Source: Octopus vulgaris (lineage: Eukaryota). Taken from it: a stretch of DNA of 64,000 nucleotides. The stretch is taken from the NCBI GenBank assembly GCA_951406725.2, contig OX597819.1, positions 21,080,001 through 21,144,000 of the forward strand. Reading direction: 5' to 3'. The notes beneath the pieces are model-generated. The model searched no databases. It had not been told where the DNA came from and worked only from the letters and a program-made list of their open reading frames with translations. Positions 1 to 13,562 of this stretch are shown here, in pieces. Numbering within the stretch: the first letter of the stretch is position 1; the number at the start of each line of letters is the position of its first letter. The translations under genes were made by a program, and so were the position numbers.

Positions 1-246
1 ATAAAAGCTCCGCTCATTACGTGACAGTAATCAGCTGCTACGGACATTTCCCAAGTCCTCTACTGGCTGTTACGGAGACGCACTAGATGCGCATGAGTGA
101 ACACCGCTTCCTGTGCCAGCAGCCTGATCTAGAGGAAAGGGAATTCCTAGACCTCTGGTTATCAGTATCATCGAGATCGGAAGAGATACTACCACTTACC
201 TCTTTATAGAGAGAGAGGGGGGAGACGGAAGAGAGAGAGTGAAGAA

Positions 247-379
247 CGCATGGCTCAGTAGTTCGAGCGTCGGGATCACAATCACAAGGTAGTGATTTCG
301 ATTCCCAGACCGAGCTGTGTTGTGTTCTTCAGCAAGACATTTCCCCCCTGTTCCTCCTGTTCACTCAGCCGTAGAAATC
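247..379 (+). mobile_element. tRNA-derived CORE-type SINE (family B), 5' half
   Basis: A-box-like TGGCTCAGTAGTT and B-box-like TTCGATTCCC, then TGTTCTTCAGCAAGACA. Homologous to 1304-1547 and 11162-11491. Confidence 0.8.
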
Positions 380-1025
380 TTAGCAATGCTGCTAATCTGC
401 CGCACCTCAGTGACTCTAAATACGTGTGTTGTCTCGAAATGAAAACCAACGTTAGCCTCGCCGAAATTTGAACGCAGATTGGACAGAGAGACATGATCAA
501 CGGCACAAATACTTCTGTCCATTGCTTTAATGAAGCTACCAAAGCTTCGTCTATCGCAAGATAAATGAAACTTCCTCAAACACTGAATTAGAAAGGAAAA
601 AAAAAACGATGAAATTATGGTGACATTTATGTAAACACTTTAAGCAAGGGAAAATAATAGAAAATAACATTTAATAAATTACAGATCAAAACCTCATCCT
701 GTAAAGAACTGCAAATAGAAAATGTTTTCCAGGTGATATTTCCGGGAAAATTACTTTGTATGTTAAGAGGTTCCATACAAAGGAAGGAAGGCAGTACATT
801 TTGTTCAATAGATTAAGCCTAACCTCGAAGACATTTGAAGAAATTCTTTCACGGAGTTACCAAAAACATTTTCCTTACATTAATAATTTTTCAAATACCA
901 TTTAACTCGTATGAACTTTTGCACCGAGTGAACATGTTGCAAAACTGTAAACAAAGGAAAAGACGTTTAGTTGACAAACATACATTTGCACGAAAAGATG
1001 AAGACACTAACATATATATATATAA

Positions 1026-1252
1026 GGCGGCGAGCTGGCAGACACGTTAGCGCGCCGGGCGAAATGCTTAACTGTATTTCGTCTGTCGTTACGTTCTGAG
1101 TTCAAATTCCGCCGAGGTCGACTTTGCCTTTCATCCTTTCGGGGTCGATAAATTAAGTACCAGTTTCGCACTGGCGTCGATGTAATTGACTTAATCTGTT
1201 TGTCTGTCTTTGTTTGTCCCCTTTATGTTTAGCCCCTTGTGGGCAGTAAAGA

Positions 1253-1257
<5 letters not shown>
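1026..1257 (+). mobile_element. tRNA-derived SINE (family C), full length
   Basis: Head GGCGGCGAGCTGGCAGA, B-box GAGTTCAAATTCC, central GCCTTTCATCCTTTCGGGGTCGATAAATTAAGTACCAG. Flanked by (TA)n; an inverted copy is at 30341-30572. Confidence 0.9.
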
Positions 1258-1303
<46 letters not shown>

Positions 1304-1306
<3 letters not shown>

Positions 1307-1547
1307 TAGTGAGTTCGATTCCCAGTCCGAGCAGTGTTATGTTCTTCAGCAAGACAATTTTTTCCCGTTCCTCCTGTTTACTCACTGGTGCCAAGCTGTA
1401 TCGGCTTTTGCCTTTCCTTTGGATAACATCGGTGGAGTTTGGTACGCATGGGCGACTGCTGGTCTTCCATAAACAATCTTACTGGGACTTGTACTTCAGA
1501 TGCGAACTTCCAGGGTCTAATCCGATGGCCATTCAAAAGGGGTCTTT
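1304..1547 (+). mobile_element. SINE family B, 5'-truncated with internal deletion
   Basis: GAGTTCGATTCCC...GGGCGACTGCTGGTCTTC matches the reverse complement of 11162-11491. Confidence 0.8.
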
Positions 1548-1598
1548 CACATTTATATAGATAGATATACATACATACATGCATATATACTTGCAGAC

Positions 1599-1649
<51 letters not shown>

Positions 1650-1659
1650 CTTATACACA

Positions 1660-1848
1660 CTTCATTCAATATTCTCATTCAATATGTGACCGCGTGTGTA
1701 TAGTTGGCGATTTTCTTTCTCCGTCTTCACTTCCTTGGACCTTTCCTTTTTCTATGTTCTTGACGAAGAGCTCCGCTTCAATAACACTATGCTTGTTTCA
1801 CGTCCTCGCGTTATTGTGTTTTCTCTTTGTTCATGTTTGGATTAACTA
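1660..1848 (+). mobile_element. Short (TA)n-embedded element with a deleted hammerhead core
   Basis: Homologous to 12708-12932 (GACGAAGAGCTCCGCT, CACGTCCT, GTTTGGATTAACT then (TA)n), but lacks the GAAAC...GTC half. Confidence 0.7.
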
Positions 1849-1868
1849 TATATATATATATATATATA

Positions 1869-2252
1869 GGCGAAGGAGTGGCTTGTGATAAGTAGTATGC
1901 TTACCAACTACATAGCCCCGCGTTCAGTCCCACTGCGTGGCACCTTGGGCACATGACTTCTACTATAGCCTCGGGCCAGGCAAAGCCTTGTGAGTGGATT
2001 TGGTAGACGGAGTCTGAAAGAAACCCGTCGTACATATGTATATATATGTGTCTGTTTGTGTGTGTATATGTTTGTGTCTGTGCTTGTCTCCTCAACATCG
2101 CTTTACAACCAGCGCTGTAACATAGCGGTTCGACAAAAGAGACCGATATACACTAGGCTTTAGTCCTGGGGGCGATTTGCTCCACTAAAAGCAGCGCTTC
2201 AGCATGGCCGCAGTGAAATGACTGAAACAAGTGAAAGAATAAAGGAATAAAA
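1869..2252 (+). mobile_element. tRNA-derived SINE (family A)
   Basis: GTTCAGTCCCACTGCGTGGCACCTTGGGCA, internal TA/TG tract, tail CAGCATGGCCGCAGT..GACTGAAACAAGT. Further copies at 21451, 44238 and 52731. Confidence 0.9.
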
Positions 2253-3563
2253 TAACATATATAGATTATCACGTATGCTTAAAATATGTATATGTTTATA
2301 TACACAGCCTGTATGCGAATATCTATAGGTGTGCCTGTGAACGTTTATGGTGCCAATCCGGAAGAATCGTCAGCTCGTCATTTATAATTGGTAAGTGGCA
2401 CTTCTTCCGGTTATGTTCGGAGTTCAAATAATGGCTTGACATTCCACTGGGGGGGGAGGTGTATATATGCAACAATCAGTCGGGTCGACGCAAGTTTCCT
2501 ATCGCCTCAATATTGCTGTTCTTGAACCGTACAACAGTCCGGCGTCCCCTTCCGTGAAATATTGTATTATAGGTCTCCCATTAATCGTGGAAAGCGACGA
2601 GCCGTATTTATGAAAAATAGAGCTGAAGTAAAAACGGAAAAACAACCCCCACCACCACCAAAAAAAAAAAGCCTCTCTGCATGTATTTAAATACCTGAAA
2701 CACGATATATTTCTGTAAAAGGTCTTTTCTGTTAATTTTTTTTTCTTTTGTTACCTTCCATAATTAGTTTTAATTATCCGACAATTTCGAGGCTTTAAGG
2801 GCTCCTCATCTTCTTTTGATAGCTAGGTATTGCTGTTATGTTCAGTTATACCAAACTTGGAATCAATAGAACAATGACGTAACTAATGAGATCGTCTTTG
2901 CCGGAATGAATATTTTTTTTTAACAACTAAATCTTTCATATTTGCTGGATTTCGGTTTGCTGATAGGATTCTTTCCTTGCATTTTGGAATTAATAAAGCT
3001 TCTACAGCAAATCTAAGTTTGTTTTTTTTTATTCTTATGTGAAAATATATGCATCATGGCAGTTTTATCAACTAATGTCTTTGCTGGGACTTATTTTGTT
3101 CTATTTTTATCTATCATAATTCATTGTGTTGGCTCGCAGGTATAAAATCGTTGTAAAGCGATGAAATAAATGTACTTTCAGCAATGAATAAAATTTCCTT
3201 GTTTATACTAATATTTCTGAATAAAATTGTTTTATAAATTATACCCGGTTAACTTGCATACATCCAGTTTCGTGGTAATTAAGTATATTTTCTTTAATTC
3301 TTAAATTTTCTACCAATATGTTCCGTTAATTTGTGGTGCGATATGAGTTTGCAATTTGTTTGTTTTTCAGTGGCATATTCTTCTAGCCTTTAATTATAAT
3401 GCATTTAGTACATGTGGCGTACTATATGTATGAGATTTGTATGTATTTACGGGGCCGAATAACATTGCTACATGTTGGATTAACTGACTTTCTCAGGTTT
3501 TCTTGTTGACATCTTGTTATATCAACGTATTTCTAATTTACGTCGTAAAGTTTTGGTGATTGT

Positions 3564-3794
3564 TTTACTCTTTAGCATTCAACTTGATCATATCCGGCGA
3601 ACGTTTTGTAGCAGTTTTATGTTCAAATAAGCAAAGATCCAGTTTTTCACTCCTACGAAGAAAATTCATTCAAGAAATAAACGAACAGCACATCATTGAA
3701 ATTTTGAAGCAACAAGATAAAGCATGATTCATTGAAATGAATGAAAATAAATGGATTCTGCATTTAGCAGAGTAATCTGAACGCTGAACGTTAA
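3564..3794. mobile_element. Degenerate TTAA-ended (piggyBac-like) MITE
   Basis: Imperfect inverted termini tttACTCTTTAGCATTC ... GAACGCTGAACGttaa. Confidence 0.4.
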
Positions 3795-4159
3795 ATGATA
3801 GCTTCGTAAGAGATTTGCTTGCAGGTCATCGATGACTATAGTGATCACCTCACGTTACGCCAGCGAATAGACTCGATTCGTTTTTAGTATTATTGTTTTT
3901 GTTTTGTATACGAAGTTGTTATACGGGTTCTTCATTATTCCAGCGATTCTATTCGAAAGAAGAACTGTGCTATGACCGAACTCCAGAATTATGTTGAATT
4001 GCAAATTTTAAGATGGACGTATTATTGAAATCTCTTAAAAGCGTTTCGTGCTTAAATCTTGCGTCTTCAATGGATGAAACGATTTATTATGGCATCACAA
4101 TGAACATACCATCAACGTTGCTTATTTTTATTCTATAGATTATCCCTTGCCGTTTATCA

Positions 4160-4470
4160 TTTATCTTTTACTTGAGTCAGTAATTAGATTACGGCCATGC
4201 TGTAGCATCCAATTAAAGTGTTTAGTCGAACAAACCGCCCCAGGATTTACTTCGTAGTTTGGTATTTGTGCTAGTAATGTCTTTTACCGGATCCGGGAAA
4301 TAAGCAAACACCCGATGTCAAGCATTAGTGTGGGACAAACACACACACACGCGCGCGCGCACGCACGCACACACACGCGCGCGCGCACTCACACACACAC
4401 ACACACACACAGAACGCGGTATCACGTGGCTGTAAAACAAGCTTCCTAACCACACAGCCATGCCTGCACC
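4160..4470 (-). mobile_element. SINE family A, old degenerate copy
   Basis: Tail CGGCCATGCTG at about 4192 and head AACCACACAGCCATGCCTGCACC at 4448-4470, with an internal CA/CG tract. Confidence 0.6.
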
Positions 4471-5864
4471 TATGTTATGTTTATTATGTTTAGGAATAGA
4501 CACGTTTTCAGTTCCAGACACCACAAATATGTTGCTGTCTGGAACGGTGCTGTCACTCTCTTATATTCGTTTAGAAATTGCTTCGTGGAAAACTAAGGAA
4601 ATATTCTTTGTAATGCCTATCAGAGATTTTAGAAACGATTTTAAATTTTGCATATTATCTGCTATATTTTAATTATATATATATGACGACAGAGAGAGAG
4701 AGAGAGAGAGAGACCGTGTTAAATATAATACCTGTATTCTCTTCCCACAGTCATTGGTAAATATGTTTTCTGCATCCGTAGAGGCAATGTTGTCAAATGT
4801 TCGCCTTTTCTTGAGGAATTTCTTGTAGAATTTCTAAAGAACATCTCTTTGGTGTACATCTTTAAAGATTCTGTGAAGACGTATGGTAATTGTGTGAGTG
4901 GAATACTGATTGGGAAAATTATTGGTTTCAGAAGGGAATTTCTGTTGTGAGTTTTAATGGTGTTTGAGATGCTCTCTAAGGTAATCTCGGCCTACGTCTT
5001 GGATACGATAGGTAAATAGATGGATGAAAAATATATAGATACATATTGTTTCCATATATAGGCAGATAAGTCAACAGATAGACAAAAACATAGATTGATG
5101 GATGGATAGAAAGAGATGAACATCTTGGGGAAAATAGATTGATTATATAGGTGCTAAACTGAGAAAAAGAGGCTAGACATAGGAAGTGATAAACCTTACG
5201 TTATTTACGTAATTTATGTCGAGAACTTCAAGAATTTTTATATTTATGCATGTGTATTTAACAGTACAAGTGAGCGACTGTATGTATTTGTGTGTATGTG
5301 AGCGAATATAAGTGTCATTGTGTAAGTGTTTTAAATGTGTGTTGGGTGTACACTGTGTGTGTATATATGTACAAGTATGCACGCTTAAGCATTTCAGTGC
5401 GTCCGTCTGTATGTGGTTCGGGTTGATAATTATATGTTAGAACCGTGTTATTTGCAAATTGCTTCCTTTCGCTGGATATTATGAGTTAAGGTAGAAAACA
5501 TAAACATCACAGAATCACAGAGATATAAGTCGGTTTGTATTGCTATTTCATTCTCCTTTTTCTTTTTGGTGGAGGTGTTGACATCTTGATATATTTTTGA
5601 AATAATAAACTGTAACGGCTATAAAAAACAAAAAACAAAATAGGCGTTTTATTTCGTTGCTATAGTTTTTAACATAATATAAAATGTTATACACACACAC
5701 TCACACATACATATCTTTATAGCCTACCTGTGAGTAAATATATACGTGTATATGGTTGTATCTATATACATGTGTCTATATGTATGCATGTATGTAAGCA
5801 TGTGTAAGTTAATGTGTCTTTACACTGTTAGAAAAGGATATAATTATAGGGCTGATATTCTTAA

Positions 5865-5922
<58 letters not shown>

Positions 5923-6119
5923 TCACACACACTCGCATAACACACATATAATAGTTCGATCTCTGTCACCGTTCCTCCTGATTTAAGGCAATAAACAATT
6001 TGATTTTCATTATCGTTTTTTTTTTCACATTTTATGTAAGACGTGCCTTTTTTGCGTTAGGTTTCTTGTTCTTTTTAGATTTTATTTTATCTTTCTCTTC
6101 CCCGCCTCATCAACACTAT

Positions 6120-6907
<788 letters not shown>

Positions 6908-6917
6908 TTCTCTTTAT

Positions 6918-7520
6918 GACAGGTTTTCTTGGAGCTCCTGGAGTCTCGCATGCGTAGTGGGCTTACTACCTGCAATCTGCGTTACCATGCTATCCATTCT
7001 TTCCAGGTATCTAACACTTCCCTGATTATTATAGCCGTGCCAAAGAGGCAAAACTTTAGTAACATTTCTAGTAGGTACTCTATTCCAATTTCCTTTGTAT
7101 TCCACTTGGTGACTTCTGATATTGTTCCCAAGGGCCCAACAATAATTGGTACTATCTACACAGTCTCCTTTTTCCAGAACCGAGCTATTTCGTACATAAG
7201 GTTGTATCTATGTATCTATCTATGTTTTCACCTTCTGTCTTGAATATTCGTGGGTCAAAGGGGCATGCAACATCAACTATACAGCTTGTGGTGCACGTAG
7301 CCCACCACAACTACATCCGGCACCTTATGCTCTATTACATGATCTGTTTGGATTCGGAAATCCCAGAGGACATTTCTAATCTCCGACCCCGCCATTCCCT
7401 GTGGTTTGTGCTCAAAACATGTCGAGACTCTCTCTAACCTTCACTTTTCGCACAATTATCAATGTAGCACTTTTGCTACCTGGTCGTCACAACGTGCAGT
7501 GGTTTGCAGCAAATCTAGGG
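6918..7520 (-). mobile_element. R4/Dong-clade non-LTR retrotransposon, 3' end (restriction-like endonuclease), decayed
   Basis: Minus-strand peptides LWDFRIQTDHVIEHKVPDVVVV, DVACPFD, EIARFW, VPIIVGPLGTI and LFGTAIIIREVL. The 3' end lies next to (TAA)n. Confidence 0.85.
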
Positions 7521-7830
7521 TATTCGTTCGTGATATTGGCAATGGATTGTTCCATCTTGTATCTTGTTACAGTTACGACACAGCGGAGACCCTGTGTTAG
7601 ATAATATCGCATAATCACAATATGACTCTCCCCACATACAATATATGTTATTTGTAATTTCAGAAGGCAACCAACGGTTTCTTGTGAAGGGATGCTCCCA
7701 ATTGTTTAACCGTGTCATATGGGATTCGTTTCGATTTTGGATAAGAATACACAGGATTACACGAATGAGTTATTGAGCGCACATACTCACCGTTCGATAT
7801 TAGCATGCGCATGTATATATAGAGACGTGC

Positions 7831-7884
<54 letters not shown>

Positions 7885-8156
7885 ATATATGTATGACTAT
7901 ATGCGTGTATTGAGAAACGAAACTAAGAATATACTCTGAGAACTCTATCCTCAATAAAAGGAAGAATATATTTAAATTATTATCAAAATATAGAACATGT
8001 TTCAATCGTAAATAAGACGATTATTATTGCAATAAGACAACATAAAATGTCTTGAAATAAATGAAATTTATCTTTTATGAAATCAGTTCTTTTCTTTCGA
8101 ATGCATTGATTACAAAATCCACAATGGGTACTTCTAATAGGCTTCGTTATAAAGCG

Positions 8157-8203
<47 letters not shown>

Positions 8204-8320
8204 TGTATGTGCTTATATGTGTTTATATATATAGATGAGTGTATCAGTGGAATTTTCGAAACATGCGTCGAAAGTAAAAATATTTGATTTACACCTGCGT
8301 TAAACTCCATTTATTTATTC

Positions 8321-8365
<45 letters not shown>

Positions 8366-9229
8366 GCATATGTATATTTATATACCTAAATATACACAGT
8401 CATGCACACATATCTACCCTACTATCAATATATATATATATATATATATACATGTGTGTCTGTGTGTCTGTGTGTGTATAGATAGATATAAAAGTACAAA
8501 TACATATTTATGCGTATATATACGCATGTACATAAATGCACATTTGTAATATGAGTGTGTGTGCTATTCAGATATATTTTTCTCTCGGCATGAACATTAA
8601 ATAGCTGCAAAACCTATGTAGACCACTCCATCACCGACTTCGATCAAAATATCTTGTTGACAAGACAGCCACAATAGAGGCAGCGACTTGCTGCTTGCTT
8701 GCTCACTTGGTGGCCAAGAGATTCAATCATTTTGACAGTGTTTAACAGTCATGTTGTGACAGATGTATGAGTGAAGTGCATTCTTCGAGGCTTGCTGTCA
8801 TAGCTATCAATATCAATGTCGAGCTAGTTGATATGTCCTCGTATTGAAATGTGTAACGCACGTGGAGAATGGTGAGATGAGAGATAGACGTACAGCTTGT
8901 TATTTGATGAAAATAACTGATCTACACTGACAGAATGAAATCTCTAACAAATAAACACATACTGAACATTGTATTTAGTAGATATTGCTTGAAAATTTTT
9001 TTCATATATAAGGCTGAGATACAATTGCCAGGAATTCAGTCGAAGGTGTTAATTACTTTAGAATACCTTTCGTGGTATAGACTTTATCACGAGCAAAGTT
9101 TTGGTAAACTTGTGAATATATATATATATATGTATGTGTGTGAGTGTGTGTGTGTTTGTGTGATCGTGTGTGTCTATGACTATGCGCGAGCAAATATACC
9201 CCACAGCATTATATATATATCTGTATGTG

Positions 9230-9262
<33 letters not shown>

Positions 9263-9263
9263 C

Positions 9264-9748
9264 TTTACAAAATAAGGGCAAAATAAAAATTCTAATGCCA
9301 AATATGCCGAAAAAAAGACAAAAATTGTCAATAACCATTATAATTTATGCGTCTCGAAACAAACCGATAGAAATTTCTAAAAAATCCGTTATTATTATGT
9401 CTGCTCAGGACTTAGTGCTTGCTTTTTCCATGGGTATGAGTAAGTATTTCACTTATATCCCACGTATTTATCGCTGAAGAGGGGAAAATTCTTATGAATT
9501 AACCCCGAAATTGGGACAAATACGGTCATAAAGGATTTTTTAGAAATTTCTATCGGTTTTTTTTGAGACGCATAAATTATAATGGTTATTGACAATTTTT
9601 GTCTTTTTTTCGGCATATTTGGCATTAGAATTTTTATTTTGCCCTTATTTTGTAAATTATTTATGAGTTTAACATTTAAAGGTATTTTTTGATATGCTGG
9701 CCATTGATAAAAAATTTTTCCCTAAAAAATTTTTATCCTACATTAGTT
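9264..9748 (+). mobile_element. Penelope-like non-autonomous element with 124-bp inverted arms around a hammerhead-like core
   Basis: Arms 9264-9387 and 9533-9656 are reverse complements with about 2 mismatches. Inserted in (TA)n. Confidence 0.75.
9466..9532 (+). ncRNA. Type I hammerhead ribozyme-like motif
   Basis: CTGAAGA(9474)-GGGG..AATTC..GAATT..CCCC-GAAA(9507)-TTG..CGG-TC(9527). Helix III is weak (two G-U pairs) and helix I is out of register by 2 nt. Confidence 0.6.
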
Positions 9749-10347
9749 ATATATATATATATCTGTATGTGTATATATATATATATATATATTTCGCTTT
9801 GAGATTTGATTTGCAAGATTTGCTTTGTGAGTTCGTGTTTTGAAGCATATTCTGTTGTGTCTAGGGAGAGTCATTTTCTTTTTGTGCTTTATGATTTAAT
9901 ACACTCACCGGTAAAATTTCCACTTCTTTCTTATTTTTATTTTCCTAAAATTTTCGTTGCATCTTGCAAACATTTCAGTTGTCTTGACTGTCCGTTATTT
10001 ACGTTTTATTACTTCTTGCGCTAGTGCGTGGGTCAGTGTGTGTGTTTGTGCCTATGCATGCATGCATATATGTATGCATGTGTGTGTATGTATATATGTG
10101 TGTGCATGCATATGTATACCTCTATGTATGTGTCTACATCTGTATGTATTCTGCATATTCATGTGCTTGCATGTCCGTGTTTGTGTATTTTTATGCATGT
10201 GTATGTGTGCGTGTGTGTGTTTGTATATGTATGCGCGTCTGTCTCCTAGTGTGTGCATGTCTGAGTGCGTGTGGGTGTGTGTTTTGCAACTATGTACCGT
10301 GTTTGCATGTATGGAATTATATCTAGGGCAGGTAGCACTGGTATCAT

Positions 10348-10965
10348 TACCAGTGGTACCTGCCCTAGATATAGAAACAAAGAATGGAATAGAATACAAA
10401 GAACTTGTGACAAAGCAAACAAGGCGAATACCTGGTACAAAAACCGACAAATATCATGGAGTGATGTTTGTAGAGGCCACAGCCCATGGAGAACTAGCCC
10501 ATAGATTTAGAAAAGCTATGAAGGAGACCAAACTCAACATTAAGATTGTTGAAAAGCCAGGGAACTCCGTCAGTTCACAACTTTGTAGGACGTACCCCTT
10601 TAAGAATACCATTTGTACCAATGATAACTGCATGGTATATAGGATTAGCCCTGTCATTAACTGTAGATCTAGAAATGTAGTCCACAGCAAAAGATGCATA
10701 GAAGGTGCTTGTAAAGACATGAACATGACATACATAGGAGTGGCATCTAGGAGCATTGCGGAACGAATGAATTAACATTTGAGACAATACTGACGACAAA
10801 AAGCAGTCCTTCATACGCTACCAGCATGCCAAAGACCAACATGGAGGCAACTTGGGTCAACTTGACATCCGCATCTTATCCAAGCACCCAAAAGATCCAA
10901 CGCCCATAGAAATACGGGAGTACGTCATTTTAAATGAAACTTCCCCAATACTAAATAGGAAATAT
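10348..10965 (+). mobile_element. Penelope-like retroelement relic: linker plus GIY-YIG endonuclease, frameshifted
   Basis: GTCPRYRNKEW..WYK / VMFVEAT..KIVEKPG..C..C..NVVH..C..C..YIGVASRSIAERMN*H / HAKDQHGG..REYVILNETSPILNRK. Confidence 0.85.
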
Positions 10966-11161
10966 ACAAAGTAGATATCATACCTCCATACCTAAAGTTT
11001 ACACAGGTAGAGTAGAATAGTTAGTGGGCTGTTATGTAGATAGATGTATGTATGCGTGTGTGTATATATGTGTATACGCACGTGTATGTAAGCATATGGG
11101 TATGAAAATAAACAGATCAACATACAGATGAATAGGTACATAGGTAATATGCGTAATATCT

Positions 11162-11491
11162 GAGACACCCTTCGGTCATGACTGTCCATGGGATTGCACC
11201 TAGAAAGTTACCCTCCCAGGCAGGAGTCCGGGCAAGGTTGTTGATGAAAGACCAGCAGTCGCCCATACATACCAGCCTCCCCTTTCCACGCCACCAATAT
11301 TATCCATGAGAAAGGCGAAGGGTGATACAGCTTGAAACCTGTGACGTCGCAACTCATTTCTACAGCTGAGTAAACTGGAGCAGCTTGAAATAAAGTGTCT
11401 TGCTCAAGAACACAACACGGTCCTGGTCCAAGATTCAAACTCAAAACTTCACGATGATAAGGTCGACGCTCTAACCACTGAGCCTTGCGCC
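11162..11491 (-). mobile_element. SINE family B, full length
   Basis: Reverse complement starts GGCGCAAGGCTCAGTGGTTAGAGCGTCG and contains the CORE-like TGTTCTTGAGCAAGACACTT. Confidence 0.9.
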
Positions 11492-11501
11492 TTTACGTGC
11501 T

Positions 11502-11511
11502 TTATATATAT

Positions 11512-11545
<34 letters not shown>

Positions 11546-11565
11546 GTAAATATATATATACATAC

Positions 11566-11597
<32 letters not shown>

Positions 11598-11664
11598 TAT
11601 ATATATACATACATCATATATATATATATATATATATATTGTAAATATATATATACATACATTC

Positions 11665-11695
<31 letters not shown>

Positions 11696-11753
11696 TATAT
11701 ATACATACATTCATATATATATATATATATATATTGTAAATATATATATACAT

Positions 11754-11797
<44 letters not shown>

Positions 11798-11897
11798 CAT
11801 ACATTCATATATATATATATATATATATATTAAATATATATATACATACATTCATATATATATATATATATATATATTAAATATATATATACATACA

Positions 11898-11943
<46 letters not shown>

Positions 11944-12035
11944 CATTCATATATATATATATATATATATATAAATATATATATACATACATTCATATAT
12001 ATATATATATATGTGTAAATATATATATACATACA

Positions 12036-12071
<36 letters not shown>

Positions 12072-12387
12072 AATATATATATACATACATTCATATATAT
12101 ATATATGTAAATATATATATACATACATTCATATATATATATATATATATATATGTAAATATATATATACATACATTCATATATATATATATATATATAT
12201 ATGTAAATATATATATACATACATTATATATATATATATATATATATACATATATGTAAATATATATATACATACATTCTATATATATATATATATATAA
12301 TACATACATTCATATATATATACATACATACATACACATACATACATACATACATACATACACATACATACATACATTCATATATAT

Positions 12388-12420
<33 letters not shown>

Positions 12421-12459
12421 TACATACATACATATATATATACATACATACATATATAT

Positions 12460-12502
<43 letters not shown>

Positions 12503-12531
12503 CATACATACACATACATACATACACATAC

Positions 12532-12568
<37 letters not shown>

Positions 12569-12569
12569 C

Positions 12570-12602
<33 letters not shown>

Positions 12603-12637
12603 CATACATATATACATATATATATACATATATATAT

Positions 12638-12709
<72 letters not shown>

Positions 12710-13041
12710 TTCAACATGTGATCTCTTGAGCACCACCAGCTCAAATATTTTCTCCTCTGTCTTCCCTCCTTGGGATCTTTCCTTCTCCTTGTTTCCGACG
12801 AAGAGCTCCGCTCGAAACGTTACATCCTCCTTCCCTTCTTTCCTGAGCGTCAATAATCCTTTAATTGTTCCACGTCCTGCGTTGCTGTGTTTTTTTCTCT
12901 TTTTTTCTGTGTTTTCTTGTTTGGATTAACTTTATATATATATATATATACATACATAGATGCATACATATATACATACATACATATATATATGCATATA
13001 TATACATACATACATACATTTACATACATATGTATACATAC

Positions 13042-13096
<55 letters not shown>

Positions 13097-13115
13097 CATA
13101 TATATACATACATAC

Positions 13116-13152
<37 letters not shown>

Positions 13153-13459
13153 CATACATATATATATACATACATATATATATACATACATATATATATA
13201 CATACATACATATATATATACATACATACATACATACATATATATACATACATACATACATACATAAATATATATACATATATACATACATATATATATA
13301 TACATATATACATACATATATATATATACATACATACATATATGCATACATACATATATATATGCATACATACATACATACATATATATACATACATACA
13401 TACATATATATACATACATACATACATATATATACATACATACATACATACATACATAA

Positions 13460-13492
<33 letters not shown>

Positions 13493-13562
13493 TATATATA
13501 TGTGTGTGTGTATGTATGTATGTATGTATGTATGAGTATATACATATGCATTGATATATACA
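11502..13562. repeat. About 2-kb (TA)n/(TACA)n array with a higher-order unit, interrupted at 12708-12932
   Basis: Unit GTAAATATATATATACATACATTC(AT)n repeated over about 11546-12300, followed by a TACA/TA mosaic. Confidence 0.95.
12708..12932 (+). mobile_element. Short (TA)n-embedded element carrying a hammerhead-like motif
   Basis: CCGACGA-A-GAGC-TCC-GCTC-GAAA-CGTT...AGCG-TC at 12795-12851. Related copies at 1660 and 40270. Confidence 0.7.

Noticed and set aside
4741-4762. 6-nt microexon (CCCACAG|TCATTG|GTAAAT)
   Set aside because: Weak donor. Such matches are expected by chance and there is no host gene to anchor it.
9957-10775. 272-aa ORF as a gene
   Set aside because: Chance fusion of a TG-rich tract with a frameshifted Penelope endonuclease relic.
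11420-11491. tRNA gene
   Set aside because: It is the tRNA-like head of a multi-copy SINE and continues into the SINE body.
11546-12300. CRISPR-like repeat-spacer array
   Set aside because: The spacers are only (AT)n, the context is eukaryotic, and there are no cas genes.
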